The notes under the pieces are model-generated. The model did not search any database. It was not told the origin of the DNA and saw only the letters and a list, made by a program, of their open reading frames with translations. Of a stretch of DNA of 64,000 bases, positions 19,748 to 31,873 are shown piece by piece. The stretch covers positions 45,753 through 109,752 of the forward strand of contig JAAFKI010000112.1 of NCBI GenBank assembly GCA_021399345.1, read 5' to 3'. A program made the translations under genes and the position numbers. Numbering within the stretch: the first letter of the stretch is position 1; the number at the start of each line of letters is the position of its first letter. Origin of the DNA: Candidatus Heimdallarchaeota archaeon (GTDB lineage Archaea; Asgardarchaeota; Heimdallarchaeia; Heimdallarchaeales; Heimdallarchaeaceae).

Positions 19748-20863
19748 ATGACTATAAAAAAATTAACAAAACAAGAATCAATAGATCTTGTAATAGGAGC
19801 AAAAATTTTAGCTTGTGGAGGAGGAGGAAGTGAAATTAGTGCTTTGGCAAATATCAATAGAATATATGAAAGTGGCTTGAATTTTACAATTGCAGATTTA
19901 GACGATTTCAAACAGGATGAATATATTGGCATAATTGGGATGGTGGGAGGCGGTATTACAGAGGAGGACAAACTACTAGTCAAAAATCGGGAAATTGTTC
20001 AGAAAAAGCCAATGATTACAGCTATCAGAGAATTGGAAAATTTTTTAGATATAGAATTCAGTGCATTTGTTGCAACTGAACTTGGACCGAATAATAGCGT
20101 TATTCCAATGATGGTAGCAGCAGAAATGGGAAAAGTAGCAATTAATGGAGATTGTTGTGGAAGAAGTAAACCAAAAATCTCAATTAGTACAACAAGAGTT
20201 GCGGGTATTCCTATAGCACCATTTACAATAGTGAATCAATACGGAGATATTCAAATCGTAAAAGAGACCATTGATGATGTAAGAGGAGAGTTGATTGCCA
20301 GAAATGCATCTAGGTTATCAGGTGGTTCAGTAAGTGTGGCTAGATGTCCCATGAGAATAGAGGAAGCTCAAAAAGCTGTTATTCCAAAAACCTACTCATT
20401 AGCTGTTGAACTAGGAAAGAATGTTAGGGAAGCTAACGAAGAAGGATTTAACCCAATTGAATCAATTAAAAATACATTACCAAATGCAGAACATGTTTTC
20501 TCCGGAAGAGTAAAGCTGTTCTCCAGAGTTGAAGAGGGAGGTTTCACAGCAGGTGAAATAATAGTAAAATCATCAATGAATACAGGAGTTAATCTAAAAA
20601 TCTGGTATCAGAATGAATATCTTCTTTCATGGATTAACAACAAACCATATGTAACTTGTCCGGATGGGTTCTATGTAGTAGACACAAAAACAGGTCTAGG
20701 TCTTTCACCTTGGGAAGAGGATTTCAAGCAAGACAGAAAAATATCAGTTTTTGTTCAAGATGCCCCAGAGATCTGGAAATCGAAAATAGGATTGAGTGTT
20801 TTTGGTCCCAAAGTATTTAATGAAAATTGGAAAAAATACAAAGAGTCCAGTTCCTTCTCTTGA
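19748..20863 (+). CDS. Conserved hypothetical protein (possibly DUF917-like)
   Basis: A 371-aa ORF with an N-terminal GGGGSE glycine loop (AKILACGGGGSEISALANI) and no clear catalytic motif. The family assignment is uncertain. Confidence 0.45.
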   Translation: MTIKKLTKQESIDLVIGAKILACGGGGSEISALANINRIYESGLNFTIADLDDFKQDEYIGIIGMVGGGITEEDKLLVKNREIVQKKPMITAIRELENFLDIEFSAFVATELGPNNSVIPMMVAAEMGKVAINGDCCGRSKPKISISTTRVAGIPIAPFTIVNQYGDIQIVKETIDDVRGELIARNASRLSGGSVSVARCPMRIEEAQKAVIPKTYSLAVELGKNVREANEEGFNPIESIKNTLPNAEHVFSGRVKLFSRVEEGGFTAGEIIVKSSMNTGVNLKIWYQNEYLLSWINNKPYVTCPDGFYVVDTKTGLGLSPWEEDFKQDRKISVFVQDAPEIWKSKIGLSVFGPKVFNENWKKYKESSSFS

Positions 20864-20876
20864 AATCTTACCAGAT

Positions 20877-24014
<3,138 letters not shown>

Positions 24015-24040
24015 TCAAAACTTTTCTGATAGAAAACGTT

Positions 24041-24788
24041 CTAGAGAATTTCTATCCAAATCGGACCTACTGCAGAAACTCTCCCCATACTATAAAGAAT
24101 CCTTACAAAATAGAAATCAGCACCATTTGTATTAAGATTTGCAGGATTGATTGGAGTTTCAGATTCTTCATTGACATAATACCCTCCATTAATTTCTATA
24201 CTTCCATCATATGAAGCTCCAGTAATGTTTGTGTTGTCAAAGAAACTCAATTCAGTAACTGGTACATCAATAGATTGTTCTCTCCATAAATATCCGTTTT
24301 TAAAAATTTGAACAGTTGTACCCCAATCAGGGTCACTCAACCAGGGACTAGCTGCTTGTAAAAGTGCAGATTGCGGAGCACCATCTTGAGCCAAAAGTAG
24401 TTTTATTTCCCTAGTGCTTGTTGCATTAGCAACATAAACAGTTGAGTCGTCTTGACCAGCAATCACATCATTAATGCTAAAACGTATATAAGGGCGACCA
24501 AAATCCGAATTGGAAATGACTCGACGGTTGTAAAGTGCATTAAAAATACCGTCTCGAGTAAGTTCACTAACATAGGCACCTGTTATTCCACTGGGGTATA
24601 AATGTGATACTCTCGAAAGAAGGTATGTGTAAGGATACTGGTGCCCTGATGAAATAAAGCCAAGTCGCTGAACTTGCAATCATTATCATGCAAAGAGGAA
24701 TACAAATAGCAGTTACAAGTGCAACAAAGAAGAAACCTATACTTACTTTTCTTGCTGAAACATCATATTTGGAAAAATTAAAAGCCAC
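24041..24788 (-). pseudogene. Secreted hypothetical protein, apparently frameshifted (signal-peptide ORF plus body ORF in different frames)
   Basis: ORF 24567..24788 encodes only a signal/TM peptide (KVSIGFFFVALVTAICIPLCMIMIAS). ORF 24041..24679 continues in another frame without a signal peptide. The two overlap by 113 bp. The local GC content is slightly raised. Confidence 0.35.
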
Positions 24789-24930
24789 TTGTTATATTCA
24801 CCTGGATTTCTTAGATATAGCAATATTAAATGAAAGTTATAAAACTTCTCCACATTCAGATTCTTTGATAATTTTACAAGTGAAACAATTACAACTTCTT
24901 TAAAATTCAATTATATCAATAATAAATACA

Positions 24931-25317
24931 TTGGTTTTATATATTAGAGTTATACAAAAAATGGTTTTAGTTGCAAACCCAGCAGCTATTATATCTCTAC
25001 AATGGGGATACTTCCTCATATTAGGTGCAGCGGTTCTAGCAATAGTTAATTTTGGTGCGGCATTTCCATTTACAGCTTCAAAAAATGACAGAATTGCTAA
25101 ACCATTAAGCATAATTAAGGCATTAATTACAGCTTGGGCAATTCTATTCCAATTTGCTATAATAATAGCAGTCTTCGTTGGTCTTTACTTTGGATTAACC
25201 TACTTAGGAGTAGCAATAGTAAACACTATACTACTTGCAGTAGCAGGAGCTATAGCGGGCATATCTATCCTTGGAATGATATTTAGAATTGTAGACTATT
25301 TACTAGAATTAGAATAG
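24931..25317 (+). CDS. Small integral membrane protein (3-4 TM)
   Basis: A 128-aa hydrophobic ORF with no motifs. Confidence 0.45.
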   Translation: MVLYIRVIQKMVLVANPAAIISLQWGYFLILGAAVLAIVNFGAAFPFTASKNDRIAKPLSIIKALITAWAILFQFAIIIAVFVGLYFGLTYLGVAIVNTILLAVAGAIAGISILGMIFRIVDYLLELE

Positions 25318-25373
25318 TAAAATAACCTACTCTCATTTCTATCTTTTTTCATCAAAAATAAAAACAATATTAT

Positions 25374-25949
25374 CTATTGATTGTCTTTTTCGATAAAAGT
25401 AATTTTCTCTATTTTCTTATCACAATTAGGACAATTATGGTTATCAACAGTCCAGCTTGCTAAGTGAGAACGATGAAACTCGTGCATACAGGGTTCCACA
25501 ATTGCTTTTTCTTGTTTATCTAAAATTGCTTCATTACATATGGAACAGATAAGCTTAGAATCTGCTTCAACACCCTCTATTTCTTCATGTTGAATTCTAT
25601 CAGGAGGATTAACCTTATCTTCTCGCCTATATTTGTAACCTAGAAACGAAATAATGAAACCAGGTAAAGGACCAAAAACTATAGCAACAATAACTGGGAT
25701 GTGTATTACTGGTCTAATTCCCAAAACAGCAAACACTATCATTAAACCTGCAAAAAGTGCTCCAAAAATTACAGAGAGAAGTAAAAGAATGCCAGCAGAA
25801 CTTGTAGCATAACACCTAAAAGAACAATATGCTGTAGTTTTGAATGTCCAATAAACATTAACTGGACTTTTTCCACAAAAGGAACATTTTCTGCTCTTCA
25901 AATCCATATGCATAAGAAAATCATGTGTATATAAGTTTTTTATTAGCAT
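25374..25949 (-). CDS. Membrane-anchored zinc-finger protein with C-terminal RING-H2-like finger
   Basis: It has an N-terminal zinc ribbon (C-x2-C ... C-x3-C: CSFCG...CSFRC), two TM helices, and a C-terminal CSIC-x15-C-M-H-EF-H-RSH-x10-CPNC, which has the spacing of a RING-H2 finger (C3H2/3C3). Confidence 0.55.
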   Translation of the reverse strand: MLIKNLYTHDFLMHMDLKSRKCSFCGKSPVNVYWTFKTTAYCSFRCYATSSAGILLLLSVIFGALFAGLMIVFAVLGIRPVIHIPVIVAIVFGPLPGFIISFLGYKYRREDKVNPPDRIQHEEIEGVEADSKLICSICNEAILDKQEKAIVEPCMHEFHRSHLASWTVDNHNCPNCDKKIEKITFIEKDNQ

Positions 25950-26117
25950 TATAGAAACATTGGTCTAGGAAAAAAATAGCACAAACTTACACTAATAATC
26001 TTCTATAAAAACAATTGTAAATGTATTTTTTCTTCTTTCTGCAAAACTAATTAAATTGGTTTAAATCATTGAATTGTTGATAAAATCACAACTTTTCTAC
26101 CGAAGATTTATTATTTC

Positions 26118-28193
26118 TTGAATAAAGATAACCATGTGATTTCTGAGGAAGAAGTAGAACTTAAAGTCGATTCTTTGCTAAAAGAATTATCGTTAGAAGA
26201 AAAATTTAAGCTTATGGTTGGCTATTTCAGATTTCAAACTAATACAATACCTAGATTGGGTATAAAAACATTCAAGATGACTGATGGACCTTTAGGTATT
26301 TCACGACATTCAAGTTTTCTTAGAAAGAACACCTATTTTCCAGGTGGAATTAATCTTGCTGCTTCATGGAATCGGAAGTTAGCACACGAATGTGGAGAAG
26401 CAATAGGAAGGGAGGCTAGAGCCATTAACAGACTTTGTGTTCTTGGTCCAGGAATCAATATTAATCGAACACCCTTTAATGGTCGTACTTTTGAGTATTA
26501 CAGTGAAGATCCGTACCTGAATAAGGAGATAGCTATCCCATTCGTTAAAGGAATACAAAGTCAAAGGATAGCTGCATGTCCTAAACACTATGTTGCTAAC
26601 AACCAAGAAACAAACAGACGTACAGTCAATTCAGAGATCGATGAAAGAACATTACATGAAATTTACTTGAAGGCATTTAAGGAAATTGTAGAAGAAGCTG
26701 ATCCCTGGACAATTATGACAGCTTATAACCGTGTGAACTCTGAATATGTAAATGGAAGTTCTAAACTTCTAAAATCTACTCTTTTTGAGAAGTGGGGTTT
26801 TACTGGATTTGTAATGACTGATTGGTGGGCAACTAGAGAAAGAGGTATTGCACAACCTTCAACAAAAGAAGCTGTTAAAGCTGGTTTATCAATTGAAATG
26901 CCTATTCCAATTCTGTATGAAAAAACAAAATTATACAAAGCATTTACTGAAGAAAAAATTACTCTAGAAGATATTAATCATCTGATTAGACGAATACTAA
27001 GAGTCTATATAAGAGTTGGAATGTTTGAAGATGAAGAAAATCTTCCAAAAGGAGAAAGAAACACTAAAAAACATCAACAATTAGCAAGAAAAATGTCAGA
27101 AGAAGGGATTGTACTACTAAAGAATGAAAATAATGTACTTCCACTAGATATAACGAAAATACAAAAGATCGCAGTTTTAGGCCCCAATTTGAAAAAGAAA
27201 TTTGGAAAATTTTTATGCGGCGGTGCTGCGGCTGTTACCCCTCCTTATGAAATTACACCACTTCAAGGATTAAAGGAAAAATGTAAAGGAAGAGTAAAAA
27301 TCATCAAAGATCCTTCTAAAGCTGATGTTGTTCTTTTGTTTATGGGGTTGAATCATGATTCCCATTCAAGTCTATTTAGTGATAAGACAACTAAAAGCAA
27401 AGAAGAATATGGATATGAAACAGAAGGAATGGATAGAAGAGAACTAGGTTTAAATGCCTACCAGATACAACTAATCAATGAAACTGTTAAAATCAATCCC
27501 AATACAGTAGTAATATTAATCAACGCTAATCCTGTTTCCATGGATGAATGGTTTGACAATATTCCTGCAATCTTAGAAGCTTGGTATCCAGGAATGGAGG
27601 GGGGAAGAGCTATAGCTAATATTCTCTTTGGTGATGTAAATCCATCAGGAAAAATCCCTCTAACTTTTCCAAAAAGAATAGAAGATTCACCTGCTCATAA
27701 ATCTTCGAAATCTTTCCCTGGGGAAAATCTTGAACTTCACTATGAAGAGAGAATATATGTTGGGTATAGATATTTTGAGAAAAATGAAATTGAACCTTTG
27801 TTCCCATTTGGTTTTGGTTTATCTTATACAACATTCAGACTCGAGGAAGTTAATTCAGATAAAAATATCTTGAAATCAATGGATGATTATTTGGAACTAA
27901 ACGTCTCAGTTACTAACACAGGAGACAGAGCAGGAAGTGAGGTTATACAAATTTATTCAGAAGATGTAAAAACTACTGTAGACAGACCAATCAAAGAACT
28001 AGTAGGATTTGAGAAGATATATTTAGAGAAAGGGGAAACAAAATCTGTAGAAGTAATTGTAAGAGCCAAAGATTTAGCGTTTTATGATATGGAGATAAAA
28101 GATTGGAAAGTAGAATCAGGTGATTTCACACTTCACATTGGAAACTCATCAGACTCAATACAACTTCAGAAAAAAATCACCTACAAATCTTGA
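26118..28193 (+). CDS. Beta-glucosidase, glycoside hydrolase family 3 (BglX-like)
   Basis: It has a GH3 N-terminal domain (KHYVANNQETNRRTVNSEIDERTLHEIYLKAF, MTAYN), a GH3 C-terminal domain and a fibronectin type III-like end. It starts at a TTG or GTG, so the exact start is uncertain. Confidence 0.88.
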   Translation: MNKDNHVISEEEVELKVDSLLKELSLEEKFKLMVGYFRFQTNTIPRLGIKTFKMTDGPLGISRHSSFLRKNTYFPGGINLAASWNRKLAHECGEAIGREARAINRLCVLGPGININRTPFNGRTFEYYSEDPYLNKEIAIPFVKGIQSQRIAACPKHYVANNQETNRRTVNSEIDERTLHEIYLKAFKEIVEEADPWTIMTAYNRVNSEYVNGSSKLLKSTLFEKWGFTGFVMTDWWATRERGIAQPSTKEAVKAGLSIEMPIPILYEKTKLYKAFTEEKITLEDINHLIRRILRVYIRVGMFEDEENLPKGERNTKKHQQLARKMSEEGIVLLKNENNVLPLDITKIQKIAVLGPNLKKKFGKFLCGGAAAVTPPYEITPLQGLKEKCKGRVKIIKDPSKADVVLLFMGLNHDSHSSLFSDKTTKSKEEYGYETEGMDRRELGLNAYQIQLINETVKINPNTVVILINANPVSMDEWFDNIPAILEAWYPGMEGGRAIANILFGDVNPSGKIPLTFPKRIEDSPAHKSSKSFPGENLELHYEERIYVGYRYFEKNEIEPLFPFGFGLSYTTFRLEEVNSDKNILKSMDDYLELNVSVTNTGDRAGSEVIQIYSEDVKTTVDRPIKELVGFEKIYLEKGETKSVEVIVRAKDLAFYDMEIKDWKVESGDFTLHIGNSSDSIQLQKKITYKS

Positions 28194-28283
28194 TAATTTC
28201 GCGTTTAAGAAAGAATAAATAGAGAATTTTGAAAATGGGGGAATGGATAGTCTTTTTAAAAGGATGAAGTTATTCCATCAACG

Positions 28284-29015
28284 ATGAAGTCATTTCAGGT
28301 TATTGACACGCTGTTCTTCGATTTAGATGGTACTCTAACCGATCTTGGTAAAAGATGGTGGGAACCTTTCTTTAGGGCAATGGATAAACTAAAACCTGAC
28401 CATGATAGAGAGAAAAGGCAGAAAGTTTTCGAAAAAGTACTTGGAAGAGTTATGAATACTCAGATGGAACGTTCAAGGCTTCTAAAATTTAATATTTTTC
28501 GCAATGCAATTAAAGATGCAGACTTATCTTTACGAGACGCTTACAAAGCAATGAAATTAGTAAGGGCAGATCCTCTAGCATTCAAAGAGCTTGTACCCTT
28601 AGAAGGAGTTGAAGAAGTGTTAAACACATTACAATCTAGAGGATATAAGATGGCATTAGTTACAAATGCAGGAGATAAGACCGTTGCTCGAGCTAAGAAA
28701 AAGCTCTCTATTCTGAATTCATTTGATGTTCTAGTTACTAGAAATACTGTGAAGAGGATAAAACCTGATCCTGAACCCCTTCTTTATGCTTGCAAAGTAT
28801 TGAATAAGCATCCAGAAACATGTGTTATGATTGGGGATTTTCCTCAAGACATTCAAGCAGGGAAAGCAACCGGAACCAAAACTGTAGCTATTCTTGGAGT
28901 TAATGGTAAATATACTAAGGAAAGTATTAGAAAACTTGAACCCGATGTAACATTAAATTCCATTGGAGAACTCTTACCACTATTTCTAGGACCAACGGAA
29001 TTTTCTAAGACTTAA
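28284..29015 (+). CDS. HAD-superfamily hydrolase (phosphatase-like)
   Basis: It has HAD motif I (FFDLDGTLTD), a later motif with VTNAGDK, and a motif IV region (GDFPQDIQAGKATG). Confidence 0.8.
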   Translation: MKSFQVIDTLFFDLDGTLTDLGKRWWEPFFRAMDKLKPDHDREKRQKVFEKVLGRVMNTQMERSRLLKFNIFRNAIKDADLSLRDAYKAMKLVRADPLAFKELVPLEGVEEVLNTLQSRGYKMALVTNAGDKTVARAKKKLSILNSFDVLVTRNTVKRIKPDPEPLLYACKVLNKHPETCVMIGDFPQDIQAGKATGTKTVAILGVNGKYTKESIRKLEPDVTLNSIGELLPLFLGPTEFSKT

Positions 29016-29602
29016 GTATTAGAGGTTTTTTCTAAATCCCTATTTTCTAAATATTTTATGTCAGCTTCTATAGCTTCTCTTGAATATCTTATCTTTCCAG
29101 CTTTGTATAGTTTGTCGAGATCTTTGTTGTTTCTAATAATCTCGCTTACAAGATTAAAATCTGTTTTAATATTTCTGAAATCCCTCCACCCTAGCGTTTC
29201 TTTGAATATCGGTTTATTCCTAATATTGAATACAAATGCGAGAATAATATACATTAACACTATACCCATGTTGAATTCAATTAAAGTATTAATTGCCATC
29301 AGCTGAAAACCCCATGATTCTTGTTCAAGACGAATTCCAGAAACAGTTAAAGTAAATTCAAGACAGAATTCCACCAAAGTACCAACTATAAATAGATACA
29401 AGATATCCTGAAGACGGATCTTTTTGAAATAACAAAGTATGAACGCAATTATAAGATTACCAAGTGTCATTAAGCCAAATGTTAGTCTTTGTCTTGCTTC
29501 ATTCATATTCCTTGCTACTTCTATAACTCTGTCATCCCACGGAATTAATTGAGAACCAACACTCACAAATGTCCATCCAACATAGAACATAAGAGTCCAC
29601 AA
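29012..29602 (-). CDS. Membrane protein (possibly C-terminal part of a frameshifted gene)
   Basis: A multi-TM ORF that overlaps the next minus-strand ORF by 40 bp in a different frame. Confidence 0.4.
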   Translation of the reverse strand: MWTLMFYVGWTFVSVGSQLIPWDDRVIEVARNMNEARQRLTFGLMTLGNLIIAFILCYFKKIRLQDILYLFIVGTLVEFCLEFTLTVSGIRLEQESWGFQLMAINTLIEFNMGIVLMYIILAFVFNIRNKPIFKETLGWRDFRNIKTDFNLVSEIIRNNKDLDKLYKAGKIRYSREAIEADIKYLENRDLEKTSNT

Positions 29603-29895
29603 CCAGATGTCCCTTCATTTTCTTTTTCAAGCATCAAAGCTACATAAGAGAATTGAGCAAATCCAGGAGATAGACAGAACCATAGGAAGAATAAAGTTGA
29701 GTTAATGGGGCCATCGTAGGTTCTACTTCCCATTACTATATACCAGATATAGAAATCAGTTAATAGATAAACTAACCAACCTAGTATTCCCCAAACAATA
29801 GGTTTAGGGATAGTTGTCATATGTTTTTCAGTTTCTTTGCTTTTTGAAACAACTAGAGATGATTTATATGGGGGAGAAGTTGGATGTTTTGGCAT
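29563..29895 (-). CDS. Membrane protein (possibly N-terminal part of a frameshifted gene)
   Basis: It has two TM helices. It overlaps the 5' end of the 29012..29602 ORF, so it is either a real overlapping gene pair or a frameshift near 29590-29600 in a homopolymeric context. Confidence 0.4.
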   Translation of the reverse strand: MPKHPTSPPYKSSLVVSKSKETEKHMTTIPKPIVWGILGWLVYLLTDFYIWYIVMGSRTYDGPINSTLFFLWFCLSPGFAQFSYVALMLEKENEGTSGCGLLCSMLDGHL

Positions 29896-29939
29896 CTAAT
29901 TCACAAGATATTGGTAACAATAAAATAAAAAAGAAGAAG

Positions 29940-31691
29940 TTAGATAGTAGGTTTGAAAATTCTACTTTCCCAATAGAGGAATCCTGTGTTTGGATCTCTA
30001 ACAATTGTTTCGCCTTCAAAAGCTCCACTTTGAATAATCAATTCAGTCTGACTTAGGGGGAGGAGAACGAAGTTAGTCATATTAAATCGAAGAACCCCAT
30101 CTTCACAATACAATATCATAGTAAAGGGCACTTCTTCCGTATTATAGATTGAAAAATGTCGATACCACACCTCATAATCGTCTAGATAAGAAGACCAATG
30201 ATTCATCAACTCTGCATCAGGTGAATATTTAAGACATATAGGATTATGAACACCTTCTAATGAGAGTATAAAAAAGTCCTCAAAAAACCTTAGTTTGATA
30301 TTTCCTATATTGATTAACCAATGATCTGCATAAAAGGTTGTATCGTTTATTGGTTTAAGCACAACATTGTAACCCATATAATTCATTTTGAGTTTATTTC
30401 GTACCAAATAGATTTCTGCCACATCACCTTCAACTGCATATATTCCAGTATAGTTTTTCAGAATTTCAATATCAACTTCTTGTTTATCATAACACTCTTT
30501 CTGTTTTTTCAACCCTGTTCTTGTTTCGTGCATAATCTCAAGTATTTCCAATGCTAAAGCTTTTGAATCATCCTCAAATTCTGCTGAATTTGAGACAAGT
30601 ATCACGGCTAGCTGTTGTTCGGGAGCAAAAGCAATTATTGATTTGGTTCCTTGATTGGTTCCTGCATGGAATGCTGCAAGTTCATGGTTGGGCAAATAAG
30701 ATCGATCCAAGAAGAACCCCATACCTACTTTTTGTGGATCTGAAGGATTGGAATAATAAGATTCATACATCATTGAAAGTGTAGTTTCATTGATAATCTG
30801 AATACCATCTACTTCCCCATTGTTAAGGACGAATTTTGCGAATTTATTCAAATCACCCAATGTAGAGTGCAACCCTCCGGAAGCCATGCCGATAAGATCA
30901 TATTGATTATAAGGTACATTATTTCTACCTTCTTTGAAATAACCCATAGCAATTTTTTGAGGTGTTGGAATTAAGGATGATACAAAACCACTTGATTCCA
31001 TCCCTATAGGGTGCAATAGAGAATCTCTCATACGAAAAGCAAACCATTCTCCTGTAACAACTTCAATAATTCTAGCAAGGATATTGAAGGCGATGTTTGA
31101 GTACTTGAACTGCTGTTCAGCAGGATATGCCATATAAGATTCTTCTAATGAAACAATCATATCTCTGAAGATATATGTATTATTATCCCATGCCCATTGA
31201 GGTAAATTATGAGTTCTGGGCAATCCAGAACGATGGGCCAATATATTACGAATTGTTATATTAGCTGAACTGTTAAAACGACTCTTTATTTTGAAATCTG
31301 GAAGATAAGTTGTAATTGAAACATCCAAATCAACTAGACCTTCTTCATATAATTTCATAATCTCAATGGCAGTAAACAATTTAGATATTGAACCTACTTT
31401 GAAAACGGTGCTCAAATCTGCTTGCATATCTGTTTCAATATTAGCCATACCAGTTACTTTCTGATAGATTGTTTCATTATCAACGATAAGACTGACTGCA
31501 GTACATGGTAGTTTCTCTTTTCTCATAAGCCTATCTAGTTCATACTTGGTAAAATTGATAGCATAAGAGTAATCATCAATAGGTATGGTTCTAGGCCTTA
31601 TGGGAGGATGTGGAATAACTGCCAAAGTGACTGTAGTAATAACTAAAATAACGGCAATAGCAATAAATTTCTTACTTTTGAAAAAACTCAA
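29940..31691 (-). CDS. Serine hydrolase of the beta-lactamase / penicillin-binding fold (class C-like), N-terminally anchored
   Basis: It has an N-terminal TM helix, the S-x-x-K motif (GSISKLF), a Y-S-N motif (KYSNIAFNIL) and an HAG/KTG-like motif (FHAGTNQG), plus a C-terminal domain of about 200 aa. Confidence 0.8.
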   Translation of the reverse strand: MSFFKSKKFIAIAVILVITTVTLAVIPHPPIRPRTIPIDDYSYAINFTKYELDRLMRKEKLPCTAVSLIVDNETIYQKVTGMANIETDMQADLSTVFKVGSISKLFTAIEIMKLYEEGLVDLDVSITTYLPDFKIKSRFNSSANITIRNILAHRSGLPRTHNLPQWAWDNNTYIFRDMIVSLEESYMAYPAEQQFKYSNIAFNILARIIEVVTGEWFAFRMRDSLLHPIGMESSGFVSSLIPTPQKIAMGYFKEGRNNVPYNQYDLIGMASGGLHSTLGDLNKFAKFVLNNGEVDGIQIINETTLSMMYESYYSNPSDPQKVGMGFFLDRSYLPNHELAAFHAGTNQGTKSIIAFAPEQQLAVILVSNSAEFEDDSKALALEILEIMHETRTGLKKQKECYDKQEVDIEILKNYTGIYAVEGDVAEIYLVRNKLKMNYMGYNVVLKPINDTTFYADHWLINIGNIKLRFFEDFFILSLEGVHNPICLKYSPDAELMNHWSSYLDDYEVWYRHFSIYNTEEVPFTMILYCEDGVLRFNMTNFVLLPLSQTELIIQSGAFEGETIVRDPNTGFLYWESRIFKPTI

Positions 31692-31873
31692 TTTTGTGTG
31701 ACCTTCTAACTTTCGTTACCAGTTGGAGACTATAGACCCTTATATAGCCATGTAAATAGAACTTGTCGGAGAATTATTGTAATTTAAAGAATTAATACAA
31801 AATGATAAAGAAGGTATTTTGAAAGACTATCATAAAGGTTAAGAAGAAAAAAAAGACCCTAATTCTGTAGAAA

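Noticed and set aside
18037-19983. 648-aa version of the FAD-linked oxidase from the ORF track
   Set aside because: The N-terminal 90 residues are a Pro/Ser-rich low-complexity read-through. They overlap the divergently transcribed 19748 gene by more than 230 bp and precede the FAD-binding domain. The internal Met at 19713 (MLFLLNWTKTV) gives a typical-length protein.
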